Part shown: piece by piece, positions 9,677-19,311 of the stretch
How positions within the stretch are numbered: position 1 is the stretch's first letter
Layout of the letters: every line of letters starts with the position of its first letter
Assembly (NCBI GenBank): GCA_964539395.1
Contig: CAZIIU010000017.1
Coordinates: 2,378 to 66,377 of the forward strand
DNA: 64,000 bases
Direction of reading: 5' to 3'
From: an uncultured Bacteroidaceae bacterium
GTDB lineage: Bacteria; Bacteroidota; Bacteroidia; Bacteroidales; GCA-2748055
Program-made: the position numbers and the translations under genes
The notes under the pieces: model-generated
Database searches by the model: none
Told to the model about the DNA's origin: nothing
Seen by the model: the letters and a program-made list of their open reading frames with translations, nothing else

Positions 9677-10903
9677 TCAGGAATAGATAAAGCTTGCATG
9701 TGGAATAAAAGCAATACTGTTCGTACTGTTATCAATGATTAATTGAACATCATTTATATTGATTTTTTTCATATTAAGTTGTTGACAGGTATTGTCTGGC
9801 AGCGATGTAACCACAAAAACTTTAATTCTATTTGTTTTCTGCATTAAAGCAAGGGCTGTCCCGGCATTGTTCTCATAGCGTATTGCCATTTTTGAAAACA
9901 GATCATTCCATCCATTGCCAGCAATCAGCTCCAAGAATGAATTGTTACCAATTCCATCTTTACATTTTGCCAGAAGAATCAACGTACCACCATCCTTTAC
10001 AATTGATGCTGCATTATGCAGTGATTTATGTGATTGAATGAAATTAATGTCTTTAGGATAACCGCCGGCACTTGCTATAACCAGGTCATACTTTTGAGTT
10101 GTATTAATCTTATAATGGGATTCATAAAAACTACACGCACGTTCGAAAATTTTATAGTTCTTACCTACATATAGTTTGACAACTTCCCCCCTGCTATTCA
10201 ATATAGAATGTATGCCAATTGTCACGGGCAATTTGTTATAAATTTCTTTCAGGTCCTCAGCAACCGGATTTCCAGTTAATATTCCTGAATTACATTTTGA
10301 TCGCAGTTTGTTTTCTTTAAAATTCAGAAAAAGAGAGTGGTTGTGAAGAATTGATTTTTTTGCTCCAAGTCCGGGAAACATCAGTTTTCGACCTCCGCCG
10401 AACCCTGCAAAATAATGGTGCGAGATTGCACCAAAAGTTATAATTATATCGCATTTAAGTGTGTCCTTATTGATTAAAGCTTCTGTTCCAAAAGTGGTTT
10501 TTCCAAGATTGTCAAATTCAGATGTTTCCGAATTATGATGAATAAAATCGTAGTTTAGGTAGCTTTCCCCGTAAGCGTCCAGACTTTCTTTATCCGATTG
10601 CCTGGGATGGGTGCCATATGCTACGTAGAATCGAATCTTAACAGGTTGGTCTAAACTCGCAGTAATCGAATCAATGACCCAGGGAAGATACTTCTGATAT
10701 TCCGATAACCTGGTCTTATCTGCCACGACAATCCCAATAGTTATCCCGGTTTTTATTGATGGAAGGATTGAAAGTATACAATTCTCCATCTCCTGAAAAA
10801 AGCTATCTCTATTTACACCTGGTGACGGTTCCTTGTATTTAATCAACACAGGCTCACCATGAATACTTAATTCCAGGTTGCTGCGTCCATATTTTAAACG
10901 CAT
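9677..10903 (-). CDS. LarA-like (DUF2088, nickel-pincer-dependent 2-hydroxyacid racemase/epimerase family) protein
   Basis: 408 aa. GAISHHYFAGFGGGRKLMFPGLG followed by ILHNHSL matches the His/Gly-Gly-x-Lys/His block that I recall for the LarA N-terminal domain, where the Lys tethers the cofactor. Confidence 0.65.
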   Translation of the reverse strand: MRLKYGRSNLELSIHGEPVLIKYKEPSPGVNRDSFFQEMENCILSILPSIKTGITIGIVVADKTRLSEYQKYLPWVIDSITASLDQPVKIRFYVAYGTHPRQSDKESLDAYGESYLNYDFIHHNSETSEFDNLGKTTFGTEALINKDTLKCDIIITFGAISHHYFAGFGGGRKLMFPGLGAKKSILHNHSLFLNFKENKLRSKCNSGILTGNPVAEDLKEIYNKLPVTIGIHSILNSRGEVVKLYVGKNYKIFERACSFYESHYKINTTQKYDLVIASAGGYPKDINFIQSHKSLHNAASIVKDGGTLILLAKCKDGIGNNSFLELIAGNGWNDLFSKMAIRYENNAGTALALMQKTNRIKVFVVTSLPDNTCQQLNMKKININDVQLIIDNSTNSIAFIPHASFIYS

Positions 10904-10935
10904 ATTATTATATTTAATTCGTTAAAGGTTCATTA

Positions 10936-11838
10936 TCAGGAAGTAGCATTAAGTTTTTTCATTGCCATAACTACCCTGATATTGCCCTGGTCATCTGCAA
11001 CAGAATCTACTTTGCTGTAAAACCCGCTCTTTAATAATAAGTTCAGTACCATCGGACCCTGGCCAACACCCACCTCAAATACCAGCCATCCCCCTGGGGA
11101 TAGCAATTGCGGGGTTTCGCGAATAAGTCGTTGAATTATCTTAAATCCCAACATACCGCCATCAAAAGCCATATCTGGTTCATTGTCTGCTATTTCAGCA
11201 TTCATTTTTGATACCTTGAAACTGGAGATATAGGGTGGATTACAGGCAACTAAATCCACTTTCCGGGAAAATTTATCATTCATGAATTCTTCAAAAAGAT
11301 CACTTTGCATGACTTTAACCCGCTCATTGATGCCAAGCAAATCAATATTCTCCTTTGCCAGTTCAATGGCCTCCGCAGATAAATCTGCAACATAAACATT
11401 TGCATCAGGGTTGTAATATGCAATAGAGAGTCCGACATTGCCGGCCCCACAGCAGACATCGACTATGTTGACATTATTAAAGGTATAAGAGATATTCAGA
11501 GCAGTTCTTGAAAGTATTTCAGTCTCCTTCCTGGGAATTAAGGCTCTTCTATCAGCTTTCATTTCAATACCCATGAAATTTGTCCTGTTGGTTAAATGAG
11601 CCAGTGGAATATTATTAATTCTTTTTTGTATAAGCTCATCCAGCATGGTAACGAGCTCTTCATCAAGTTCTGGCAGAGGCAACTTCATTGCTAATTCGGC
11701 TGATTTTGGTTCTCCGTGTGCCATAAACCAGAGCGCCCTGAGGGTTGAATGGCAGGTTTCCTCCGGCTTATCTTCAAGCAGTTTAAGCTTATTCTCCAGC
11801 AGCAGTATTCTTTCACTGTAAATTGTATCTGTTTTCAT
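10936..11838 (-). CDS. HemK/PrmC-family SAM-dependent methyltransferase (NPPY class)
   Basis: Contains VDVCCGAGNVGLSIA (SAM motif I), VACNPPYISS (NPPY motif IV), and the HemK-like segment IPLAHLTNRTNFMGIEMKADRRALIPRKETEIL. Confidence 0.8.
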   Translation of the reverse strand: MKTDTIYSERILLLENKLKLLEDKPEETCHSTLRALWFMAHGEPKSAELAMKLPLPELDEELVTMLDELIQKRINNIPLAHLTNRTNFMGIEMKADRRALIPRKETEILSRTALNISYTFNNVNIVDVCCGAGNVGLSIAYYNPDANVYVADLSAEAIELAKENIDLLGINERVKVMQSDLFEEFMNDKFSRKVDLVACNPPYISSFKVSKMNAEIADNEPDMAFDGGMLGFKIIQRLIRETPQLLSPGGWLVFEVGVGQGPMVLNLLLKSGFYSKVDSVADDQGNIRVVMAMKKLNATS

Positions 11839-11886
11839 ATTGATTATTATGAGCTTAACTGCTTATAACTCTGTTTTTGTAACTAT

Positions 11887-13485
11887 TTACCTATCATTAC
11901 CAGGCTTGGTTGACAGATACCTTTGCTTTAATTCCTTTTTGTCAATTTTACCATTGGAGCTTTTTGGCATCTCATCAATAAATATTACTTGCTGGGGAAT
12001 CATGAAAACCTCGAGCTTCTTTGAACACTCATATTGTATGGTCTGTATATCCAGTTTTGTGTTATTATAGGAGGTCACATATGCCACGATTCCCTCTCCC
12101 ATAATATCATGTGGAAAACCGATTATGGCGACTTCCTTCACACCCTCTATTTTGTAGATCACATTTTCAATTTCAATCGGACTAACTTTTTCACCCCGTG
12201 TTTTTATGATATCATCGGTTCGACCAAGGAAATATAAGAATCCGTCTTCATCCATTCTGAAAAGGTCATGAGTGCATAATATCTTCTCTCCCGGAATTCT
12301 GCCGGGTCTGAGCATCTCTTCGGTTAGTTTCTCATTGTTCCAATAGCCTGCCATAACGTGCGGTCCCCTGACATGCAAAATCCCTGTGCCATCTTCTTTG
12401 ATTTCGTTTCCATTTTCATCGCGTAAAAAAACCTCCGTGCCCGGGATTGCCTTGCCTACGGAAGCAGTTTTTTCATCAATCAGTTCAGGTTCCAAATAGC
12501 AAACCCTTTTACATTCAGTCAGACCATACATTTTAAAAATCAACGCATTGGGAAATACCCTTTTAAGACCAGGAATGATTTCCGGCGTCAGAGCTGCAGC
12601 CGTATTGGTAATCTTCATAATACTATCAAAAGCTATTCCTGTTTTTTTATTTGACTCTATCATCATTGTAAAAATAGTTGGCACGCCAGGAAAAACCGTA
12701 GGTTGCCATCTATCTATCTGTTTATATACAGTAGAAGGAAAAACAAAGGAGTGTTCAATAATAAGTGTACCACCTGTTGTAACAGCCATAAATAATTGGT
12801 AGAGCCCATAATCAAATGCAAGTGGCAAAACGAGCATAATACGTTCGTCCCTGGTTAACCTCAGGTATTGAATAAGGCTCCATGAAGTAAACACCATTGA
12901 TTGGTGGGTCATCATAACTCCTTTGGGAAATCCGGTACTACCAGATGTGTAAATCAATGCTGCCAAATCATTAGGAATAATGATCGGATAGGGGATTGAA
13001 GTTAGATTGGAAGAGCGTATCTGGTCGTAATTATTTATCTTAAACCTTATCTCATCTGATTTAATTTCCTCATTTAAAGTAAAAATGACCTCTTGAATTG
13101 TTTCCACTTCATTCACAGTATTGTAAAGATTCCTGGTTGTAGAATCTGTAAATAGAATTTTTGCCCCACTGTCTTTCAGAATATATTGAAGCTTGTCTGC
13201 TTTAGTTTGAGGATTAATAACCAGAAAGACTGCACCTGCAATAGTAGCACCATAGATTGCAACGATTGATTGCCAGGAGTTGTTCATGTAAATAGCCACC
13301 CTGTCACCTTTTTCTATCCCTTTATTAAGTAAGTATTGAGCCATTTTTTCAGACCAATCCTTCAGATATTTGTAAGAGTATTCAGAATCCTCGCAAATCG
13401 CCAGGGTTTTATCAGGATTCAATGCTGATGAAATAAGCAGGGCTTCACCCATTAGGCGCTGAGGGATCAAAGATTGGTTTTTCAT
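11887..13485 (-). CDS. AMP-forming acyl-CoA/acyl-carrier ligase (ANL superfamily)
   Basis: 532 aa with YTSGSTGFPKGV (the AMP-binding signature), GRTDDIIKTRGEKV and the C-terminal PKSSNGKIDKKEL lysine motif. Confidence 0.9.
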   Translation of the reverse strand: MKNQSLIPQRLMGEALLISSALNPDKTLAICEDSEYSYKYLKDWSEKMAQYLLNKGIEKGDRVAIYMNNSWQSIVAIYGATIAGAVFLVINPQTKADKLQYILKDSGAKILFTDSTTRNLYNTVNEVETIQEVIFTLNEEIKSDEIRFKINNYDQIRSSNLTSIPYPIIIPNDLAALIYTSGSTGFPKGVMMTHQSMVFTSWSLIQYLRLTRDERIMLVLPLAFDYGLYQLFMAVTTGGTLIIEHSFVFPSTVYKQIDRWQPTVFPGVPTIFTMMIESNKKTGIAFDSIMKITNTAAALTPEIIPGLKRVFPNALIFKMYGLTECKRVCYLEPELIDEKTASVGKAIPGTEVFLRDENGNEIKEDGTGILHVRGPHVMAGYWNNEKLTEEMLRPGRIPGEKILCTHDLFRMDEDGFLYFLGRTDDIIKTRGEKVSPIEIENVIYKIEGVKEVAIIGFPHDIMGEGIVAYVTSYNNTKLDIQTIQYECSKKLEVFMIPQQVIFIDEMPKSSNGKIDKKELKQRYLSTKPGNDR

Positions 13486-14101
13486 AGGTTTAGGGTAATA
13501 GACTGGGCTTCTGTGCGTTTTGTTTCAGGATGAAAATACAAAAAGAATATTATACGGACAAATAAAACTCGTAAATGCTTTATTTCAGCAAGTTGATGTT
13601 GCATCTTCGCTCTTCATCAATGATGGCTGCTTTTATTGTTGATGGCCTTGTGAGATCATTGTTGAAATTGAGAAAAGGCATAACTGAAGTAATGCAACTT
13701 TTTAAATCCATTAGTTTATCGGGCTTAACCGATTAGAATTGTATTTAGTTTGACACCCTCAGTTTTGACGAAACAGTGTTCATATATGATAAATAGCGTT
13801 ATGATTTGTATGAATATTACGTCTATTATTCTGTCATTTGAGGTGTTGATTTATGAAGTCCTGTAATTCAATGTATTATGAGATAAGTTTGATTTTGCAA
13901 AGAAATAATACCAGAAATCTTATTTATACGCATTAAAATTTAGGATTGATCAAAATGCGTCTTCTGCATGGTTTGGTTATTTATTACTTATACCTAAATT
14001 CGGCCTTTGTAATGCTGGGTTTAATGGGACCGAGGAGGCGAAGCTGTGAATGAAGCCGAACAAATGCTACCATGATTTTTATTATAACTAACTTGTTTTA
14101 C

Positions 14102-14109
14102 TAAATTTG
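14102..14109 (+). promoter_or_regulatory. Candidate Bacteroidota-type -7 promoter box (TAnnTTTG)
   Basis: TAAATTTG lies 25 nt upstream of the ATG at 14134, at the end of a 648-bp divergent intergenic region. Confidence 0.3.
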
Positions 14110-14133
14110 AGTTAATTGTAGGTAAGAATAAAA

Positions 14134-14802
14134 ATGATAAAGGAAAAATTATTGGTTTTTGGAGCTTCAGATTACTCCGGTTATACAATAGATGTATTGG
14201 AGAAGCAAAACGAGTATGAAATATTTGGCATCCTTGATTATAATACCAGGAAAGATAACATCTTTTGTGGTTATAGTATTTTAGGCAATGATGATGACCT
14301 GCCTGAAATATATAAGAATACCGGGATAAAAAAGGGAATTGTTACAATTGGAGACAACTACAGGAGAAAAGTAGTTGTCGAAAGAATCCGGGGATATATT
14401 CCTGATTTTGAATTTGTGTCTGCTCTCCACCCCTCGCTGATATTGGGAAAGAACGCCAGGATTGGTAAAGGTTGCGCAATAATGGCCGGTGTTATCTTGA
14501 ATAACAATACTGTTGTTGGTGACCATTGTTACATTGGAACAAATTCTTCCCTTGACCATGATGGAATTGTTGGAGATTATTCAAATGTTATGCCAGGTGT
14601 GACTACAGGAGGCAATGTGAGGATTGGATTCTGTTCAACCCTTGGACTTGGCACAAAAGTAATTCATGGCAGGACCATAGGAGATCATACCGTTATCGGA
14701 GCAGGAGCATTGGTAGTGAAGGATTTTGGAGACAATCTTCTTGCTTTTGGGGTCCCGGCAAAAAAAACAAGAGACAGGGATATTGGTGAAAAATACCTTT
14801 AA
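14134..14802 (+). CDS. neuD: NeuD/PglD-family sugar N-acetyltransferase (LegH-like)
   Basis: 222 aa. An N-terminal Rossmann-like LLVFGASDYSG is followed by C-terminal hexapeptide repeats (IGKGCAIMAGVILNNNTVVGDHCYIGTNSSL, IGDHTVIGAGALV). Confidence 0.8.
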   Translation: MIKEKLLVFGASDYSGYTIDVLEKQNEYEIFGILDYNTRKDNIFCGYSILGNDDDLPEIYKNTGIKKGIVTIGDNYRRKVVVERIRGYIPDFEFVSALHPSLILGKNARIGKGCAIMAGVILNNNTVVGDHCYIGTNSSLDHDGIVGDYSNVMPGVTTGGNVRIGFCSTLGLGTKVIHGRTIGDHTVIGAGALVVKDFGDNLLAFGVPAKKTRDRDIGEKYL

Positions 14803-14832
14803 AGGACAATTTGAGATATTAATACTTATAAA

Positions 14833-15831
14833 ATGAAGAATATACTATTAATTGGAGGAGCTGGTTACATCGGGACCGTTCTGACCTCGCATTTTTTGAC
14901 CCGTGGCTATAAAGTGACGGTATTAGATAATTTTACCTATAAAAACCAGTTTGCTGTTATTCCGTTCATCGGAGAGAAAGGTTACAGGCTTATAGCAGGC
15001 GATATGAATGATCCGGTTATACTGGACGAAGCATCGAAGGATATTGATGATGTGATTCTGCTTGCCGGTCTTGTTGGGGATCCGATTACTAAAAAGTACC
15101 CGGTTGAATCTGGTTTAATAAATGAAAAAGGCATAAAGCACTGCATGGATTTTTTTAGTGATAAAGCGATCAATAAAATGATATTCATTTCTACCTGTTC
15201 AAATTATGGATTAATTAAGGAAGATGAACTGGCAGATGAGAATTTTGACTTAAATCCCTTGTCACTTTATGCGAAGGCCAAGGTGAGCAATGAACAATAT
15301 TTGATGGATAAAAAAGGGAATGCAAATTATGCAGGTGTAGTTTTGCGATTTGCAACAGCTTTTGGTCCCTCACCCAGAATGAGGTTTGATCTGACTGTAA
15401 GTGAGTTTGTCAGAGACCTCTATTTTGGCAAAGAACTCATTGTTTTTGATGAAGATACCTGGAGACCTTACTGCCATGTAAGGGACTTTGCCAGGTTAAT
15501 TGAATTGGTATTGAATGCAGAGAATGCTATTGTTAATTACGAAGTATTTAATGCGGGGGGAGAAGTAAACAATTTTACCAAGAAAATGATGGTTGAGACC
15601 ATTTTGGAATATATTCCGGATGGGATTGTTAAATATTCAGATAACGGAAGTGATCCAAGAAACTACAGGGTTTCATTTGAAAAGGTTAAAAAGACTTTAG
15701 GATTTATGCCTGAGTATACAGTGAGGGATGGTATTTTAGAATTGATCTCTGGACTAAGGAATGGAATTTATGCTGACTCCCTGGACGATAAGAACAGGTA
15801 TGGAAATTATGAAATCACTTACAAAAGCTAA
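14833..15831 (+). CDS. NAD-dependent sugar epimerase/dehydratase (candidate LegB-type 4,6-dehydratase)
   Basis: 332 aa with LLIGGAGYIGTVL (GxxGxxG) and YAKAK (YxxxK). Confidence 0.75.
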   Translation: MKNILLIGGAGYIGTVLTSHFLTRGYKVTVLDNFTYKNQFAVIPFIGEKGYRLIAGDMNDPVILDEASKDIDDVILLAGLVGDPITKKYPVESGLINEKGIKHCMDFFSDKAINKMIFISTCSNYGLIKEDELADENFDLNPLSLYAKAKVSNEQYLMDKKGNANYAGVVLRFATAFGPSPRMRFDLTVSEFVRDLYFGKELIVFDEDTWRPYCHVRDFARLIELVLNAENAIVNYEVFNAGGEVNNFTKKMMVETILEYIPDGIVKYSDNGSDPRNYRVSFEKVKKTLGFMPEYTVRDGILELISGLRNGIYADSLDDKNRYGNYEITYKS

Positions 15832-15850
15832 GAATTATATAAGTTGTTAA

Positions 15851-17017
15851 ATGGATCAATTTGCAGAAATAGCCGGATTCATACGTAGTATCTTTCGAAA
15901 AGAAAAGGAGTTTATCCCTCTACATGCACCCGTATTCCTGGGAAATGAAAAGAAATATCTTGAGGAGTGTATTGATTCTACGTTTGTTTCGAGTGTTGGA
16001 AAGTTTGTCGATCAATTTGAGGAAGAGATAGCCAATTATACGGGAGTTAATAAAGCCGTTGCATGTGTTAACGGAACTAACGCCCTACACATGGCTCTCA
16101 TACTTTCAGGGGTTGAAAGTGATGATGAAGTCATTACACAACCCCTCACTTTTATAGCTACGGTGAATGCGATCAGGTACTGCGGCGCAAAACCGGTTTT
16201 TGTAGATATTGAAAAGGAAACACTGGGTTTGAGTCCGACTTCTCTGAGTCGCTTCCTGCGAGAGACTGCAGTGGTGAAAAAAGAGGGTTGTTTCAACAGA
16301 GTTACTGGCAAAAGAATAAAAGCCTGTGTCCCGGTACATATTTTTGGTCATCCCTGCAGGATCGATGAGATTGTGAAGATATGTTCAGAATTTAAGATCA
16401 AGGTTGTAGAGGATGCGGCTGAAAGCCTTGGTAGCAGATATAAAGGGAAACACACCGGCACTTTTGCTCCAATGGGAATCTTAAGTTTTAACGGGAATAA
16501 GATTCTTACATCAGGGGGAGGAGGAATGTTGCTTTGCAATGATGAAGAACTGGCAAGAAATGCAAAACACCTGACGACGCAGGCAAAAGTCCCGCATCCC
16601 TGGGATTTCAATCATGATGAAATAGGATATAATTACAGGATGCCGAATTTAAATGCCGCACTTGGGTTGGCACAACTGGAAAAACTGGATTATTATATCG
16701 AATTAAAAAGAACACTTGCTGAAAAGTATGATAGTTTCTTTACCCCACTGGATATAGAATTTATTGCTGAACCTGACGATTCATATTCCAATTACTGGCT
16801 ATGTTGTATTTTATTAAATAATGCGGAGGAGCGCAATAGTTTCCTAAATTATACCAACGAAAGAGGGATTATGACCCGGCCTGCATGGAAACTGATGAAC
16901 GAATTGCCAATGTTCCGCGACTGCCAGGTATTTGAAAACCATCAGGCAAAGAAAATTGCAGATACACTTGTCAATATTCCCAGTTCGGTAATTCCGGAAT
17001 TATCAAAAGATAATTGA
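15851..17017 (+). CDS. DegT/DnrJ/EryC1/StrS PLP-dependent sugar aminotransferase (LegC/PglE-like)
   Basis: 388 aa. GILSFNGNKILTSGGGG contains the SF-x-x-x-K PLP lysine block. The DegT-type N-terminus includes IPLHAPVFLGNEKKYLEECIDS. Confidence 0.9.
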   Translation: MDQFAEIAGFIRSIFRKEKEFIPLHAPVFLGNEKKYLEECIDSTFVSSVGKFVDQFEEEIANYTGVNKAVACVNGTNALHMALILSGVESDDEVITQPLTFIATVNAIRYCGAKPVFVDIEKETLGLSPTSLSRFLRETAVVKKEGCFNRVTGKRIKACVPVHIFGHPCRIDEIVKICSEFKIKVVEDAAESLGSRYKGKHTGTFAPMGILSFNGNKILTSGGGGMLLCNDEELARNAKHLTTQAKVPHPWDFNHDEIGYNYRMPNLNAALGLAQLEKLDYYIELKRTLAEKYDSFFTPLDIEFIAEPDDSYSNYWLCCILLNNAEERNSFLNYTNERGIMTRPAWKLMNELPMFRDCQVFENHQAKKIADTLVNIPSSVIPELSKDN

Positions 17018-18078
17018 TCAAAAAATTCACTATGAAAAACAGAGGTTCGGGTGCGAATAAAGTAATAATTATCGCAGAAGCAGGTGTAAATCATAATGGA
17101 GACATGAACCTCGCTGAGAAGCTGATTGATGCAGCCGCAGATGCAGGTGCAGATTATATTAAATTCCAGACCTTTAAAGCAGAATTGATTATATCTAGAA
17201 AAGCACAGAAAGCCAGGTATCAGATGGAAAATACAGGCAATAGTGCTGAGACTCAATTTGAGATGGTAAAAAAGCTTGAATTAAGTTATGATTCTTTTAG
17301 AAGACTAAAAATATACTGTCAGTCAAAAAATATAGAATTTCTTTCTACAGGTTTTGACCTTCCCAGCATTGATTTCCTTGATGAACTTGGTCAGCCTTTC
17401 TTTAAGATTCCATCAGGAGAGGTTACCAATAAGCCTTACCTCGAACATATTGCCAGAAAAGGAAAACCTGTTGTTATGAGTACCGGGATGGCTGACATGC
17501 AGGAGATTAACTTAGCTTTTAAGGTGTTGTTGGACAATGGATTGTCACGAAAGGATATTACTATTCTACATTGTAATACCGAGTATCCCACACCTATGCA
17601 GGATGTGAATCTCAAAGCAATGTTATCAATGCGTGATGAACTTGGTGTAAGGATAGGGTATTCTGATCATACATTGGGGATAGAAATTCCTATTGCAGCC
17701 GTTGCCATGGGAGCGGCGCTTATTGAAAAGCACTTTACACTGGACAGGAATTTACCAGGACCTGATCATAAAGCATCGCTTGAACCGGATGAACTTAAAC
17801 AAATGGTTAGTTCTATACGTAACGTTGAACTGGCGTTGTCCGGTAACGGGATAAAAGAACCCAGCAGGTCAGAAAAACCCAATATACCAATAGCAAGAAA
17901 AAGCATTCATCTTAATGTAAAACTTAATGCAGGTACGGTACTTTGCAGGAAACACCTTGTAATGAAACGTCCGGGGACCGGGATTTCTCCAATGGATATA
18001 GATGAAGTACTGGAAAAAAAATTGGCAGTCACACTCGATGCTGATACTATGTTATTATGGGAAAATCTAAAAGACTAA
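17014..18078 (+). CDS. neuB: N-acylneuraminate/legionaminate synthase (NeuB/LegI family)
   Basis: Contains IIAEAGVNHNGD, GYSDHT, and a C-terminal SAF-like domain (IARKSIHLNVKLNAGTVLCRKHLVMKRPGTGISP). It has an ATGA overlap with the upstream gene. Confidence 0.9.
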   Translation: MIKKFTMKNRGSGANKVIIIAEAGVNHNGDMNLAEKLIDAAADAGADYIKFQTFKAELIISRKAQKARYQMENTGNSAETQFEMVKKLELSYDSFRRLKIYCQSKNIEFLSTGFDLPSIDFLDELGQPFFKIPSGEVTNKPYLEHIARKGKPVVMSTGMADMQEINLAFKVLLDNGLSRKDITILHCNTEYPTPMQDVNLKAMLSMRDELGVRIGYSDHTLGIEIPIAAVAMGAALIEKHFTLDRNLPGPDHKASLEPDELKQMVSSIRNVELALSGNGIKEPSRSEKPNIPIARKSIHLNVKLNAGTVLCRKHLVMKRPGTGISPMDIDEVLEKKLAVTLDADTMLLWENLKD

Positions 18079-19187
18079 AAGTTGGAGTTTTAACAAGTTC
18101 CAGGGCGGATTATAGCATATATTCCCCTCTTCTTTTAAAGATTGAAGAAGATTCATTTTTTGAAATGGAGGTCCTGGCATTTGGCACGCATTTGATGAAA
18201 AAATTTGGTCATACGGTTGATTGTATCTATAAGGATGGATTTAATATAGTTGAAATAGGAGAGACCATGAGTGAGAGAGATTCCCCGTCTGATATCTCAA
18301 ATGCGATGGCGAGGACTATAATAGCATTTTCCTCTTTTTTTGAGAAAAATGAATATGATCTGATTATTGCTTTAGGTGATCGTTATGAAATGTTTGCTTC
18401 CGTCGTTGCTTCAGTTCCCTTCATTATTCCTGTCGCACATATTGCAGGCGGGGAAACAACCCTGGGTGCCATTGATAATGCATTCAGGCACTCGATAACA
18501 ACTTTTTCCAGTATTCATTTCGCTACGACTGATATCTATCGGGACCGGATCAGGGAGATCACCGGGATGGACAGACATATATATAATGTGGGCTCCCTGA
18601 GTATTGATAATCTAAAAAAACTAAAACTACTGGATGTATATGAATTTAATGATCGGTTTGGTATAGATATGTCCACCCCGACCATTCTGTTTACCTTCCA
18701 TCCCGAAACAGTAAATTATCAAAAGAGTAAAGTTTACATAAAAGAAATAATAGATGCCATTGAAAAATTATCCGGTTACCAATTGCTGATAACCATGCCA
18801 AATGCTGATACCATGGGCTTAATGATAAGGGAAGAACTTGAAAGATATGCAGAAAGTCAGCCGAATGTTTATACGGTAGAAACCCTTGGAACATTAGGTT
18901 ACCTTTCTGCAATGAAACACTGTTCTTTCATTTTAGGAAATACATCGAGTGGTTTTACGGAAGCAGCATTTTTCCCTAAATGGGTCATTAATCTTGGAGA
19001 TCGTCAGAAAGGAAGGATTATAACCCCAAATATAGTACAGACCCCAATAAAAAGTGAAGCGATACTGAATTCGATCCAACAGATCGAAAATACCAGTCTC
19101 ACTGATAATTGTAATATCTATGGTGACGGGAATGCTGCTGACCGGATCGTTTCAATCATAAAAAATATTTTTGAATCCAATGATTAG
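18057..19187 (+). CDS. neuC: UDP/GDP-N-acetylglucosamine 2-epimerase, hydrolysing (NeuC/LegG family)
   Basis: 376 aa with the LGDRYEMFA and HIAGGETT motifs. Confidence 0.9.
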   Translation: MGKSKRLKVGVLTSSRADYSIYSPLLLKIEEDSFFEMEVLAFGTHLMKKFGHTVDCIYKDGFNIVEIGETMSERDSPSDISNAMARTIIAFSSFFEKNEYDLIIALGDRYEMFASVVASVPFIIPVAHIAGGETTLGAIDNAFRHSITTFSSIHFATTDIYRDRIREITGMDRHIYNVGSLSIDNLKKLKLLDVYEFNDRFGIDMSTPTILFTFHPETVNYQKSKVYIKEIIDAIEKLSGYQLLITMPNADTMGLMIREELERYAESQPNVYTVETLGTLGYLSAMKHCSFILGNTSSGFTEAAFFPKWVINLGDRQKGRIITPNIVQTPIKSEAILNSIQQIENTSLTDNCNIYGDGNAADRIVSIIKNIFESND

Positions 19188-19311
19188 AAAAAATATTCTT
19201 GCTGTAATATTAGCCAGAGGCGGATCAAAGAGGGTTCCGGGAAAAAACATTAAACCATATAATGAAAAGCCACTGATTTATTATACCATCGAAGCTGCCT
19301 TGGTTCAGTGA
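19180..19311 (+). pseudogene. Truncated cytidylyltransferase (neuA/legF-like) remnant; only the first 43 codons remain
   Basis: [43 protein letters not shown] aligns with the N-terminus of the intact 3351..4055 product (IIPARGGSKGVPGKN). Its ATG overlaps the neuC stop (ATGATTAG). It stops at TGA 19309-19311. Confidence 0.75.

Noticed and set aside
9541-9735. 64-aa ORF in the gap between the LarA-like and SDR genes.
   Set aside because: It overlaps the 3' end of the LarA-like CDS, has no recognisable motif, and the gap more plausibly holds an internal promoter.
13486-14133. An invertible (phase-variable) promoter of the Bacteroides capsule type in the large divergent spacers. I also checked 30405..30942 and 59189..59846.
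   Set aside because: I found no pair of long inverted repeats flanking a promoter-sized (150-300 bp) segment, and no nearby serine/tyrosine recombinase gene. Only short palindromes (e.g. TTGATCAA near 13945) and hairpins with short loops are present.
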